Part shown: piece by piece, positions 63,170-64,000 of the stretch
Layout of the letters: each line of letters begins with the position of its first letter
Numbering within the stretch: the stretch's first letter is position 1
Origin: Catajapyx aquilonaris
Taxonomy: Eukaryota
Length of the DNA stretch: 64,000 nucleotides
Reading direction: 5' to 3'
Assembly: GCA_000934665.2 (NCBI GenBank)
Contig: KZ538147.1
Location: 1-64,000, forward strand
The notes under the pieces: model-generated
The model's input: only the letters and a program-made list of their open reading frames with translations
Told to the model about the DNA's origin: nothing
The model's database searches: none
Translations under genes and position numbers: made by a program

Positions 63170-63760
63170 AATGGCCTATTTCGTGGTTTTGGGAACTATT
63201 TTGCCTATTCTGGCTTTTCGCGACTTTTCATGCCTATTTGGCCTTTTTTGGGATAGTTTTTGAACTTTTTGAAGCAATTTAGGGACTTTTTGGGCCAATT
63301 ACGGACCTATTTCTTCAGCTAGGCATGGTTGCTTTTTTTTTTGGGGGGGGGGGGGGGNTTTTTTTGTGCTGAAAGGACCAAAATCATTCAGAAGTAATAC
63401 AAATCATGGTTCTGTGACGAGTATTGTTTCAATCAGAGGAAAATTTAGAAAAGGATTTGGCAACATATTGTGCAAGTGGAAACTCGCTAAAGCGGTAGAG
63501 TCCAGAGCAAGTGATAGTTGCTTGAACTTTGTGTCTTTTGCCTAAGTTTCGTGATTTCCTGTCAGTTTATTGTTGGCATTCAGTTTTTGCTATGGTTTGT
63601 TACCTTATATTTTTTAGGCCTATAAAATTATTCTAGCTTTTTTATTTTGTGTAACATTATCCTCCATGCGCCTGAAAAAGTAAACATTGTGTGCCTATTT
63701 GAGGGTTTTTTCGTGCCTATTTCGGAGGTTTTTAGTGCCTAAAAATCCGGATTCTAATCA
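63170..63760. repeat. Probable degenerate DNA-transposon remnant
   Basis: Dispersed GCCTATT/GCCTA motifs clustered at both ends of a T-rich stretch ending GCCTAAAAATCCGGATTCT; no clear TIR pair or ORF. Confidence 0.3.
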
Positions 63761-64000
63761 TTAGAAATGCACTGTACACTTTGATTCTTTGGAAAACAAG
63801 CGATTACCGAAAGGCTTAATTTTCTATCCCTCTGCACGATAATATACTATGCCTTAAAATGAGATACTACATTTGATAAAGTGATTGTGAAAACTGCCAG
63901 GAAGAAGGCCAAGAAAGAAAATTGCAAGACTTCCATTGCACTAACAGATAATGTGAAGCAAAATACACATGCAAGCATTGGATTCATTAAAGAGGAACTT

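Overview
Gene-dense eukaryotic (insect-like) genomic DNA with short GT-AG introns; the species cannot be determined from sequence alone. Exon structures were rebuilt by hand for ten conserved genes: ClC-2/ClC-a chloride channel (-, two alternative first exons), a TCP11-family gene nested antisense in its intron, synaptobrevin (-), RpL22 (+), SPCS1 (+), a RING/B-box/filamin/NHL TRIM (-), PGAP3 (+), Par-3/bazooka (-), NDUFB3 (-) and 5'-partial SZRD1 (-). Mobile DNA includes a tRNA-derived SINE, a degenerate mariner and several MITEs. Main highlights: (1) three small secreted CS-alpha-beta (defensin/scorpion-toxin fold) peptide genes with an unusually long 14-15 aa last loop, one spliced and missing from the ORF track; (2) one synaptobrevin gene with two 79-nt mutually exclusive exons giving Syb-type or nSyb-type SNARE motifs; (3) RpL22 with a ~550 aa repetitive N-terminal extension and three hairpins in its own intron that match the known L22-binding shape, suggesting autoregulation. 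All family calls rest on motif recognition, not database searches.
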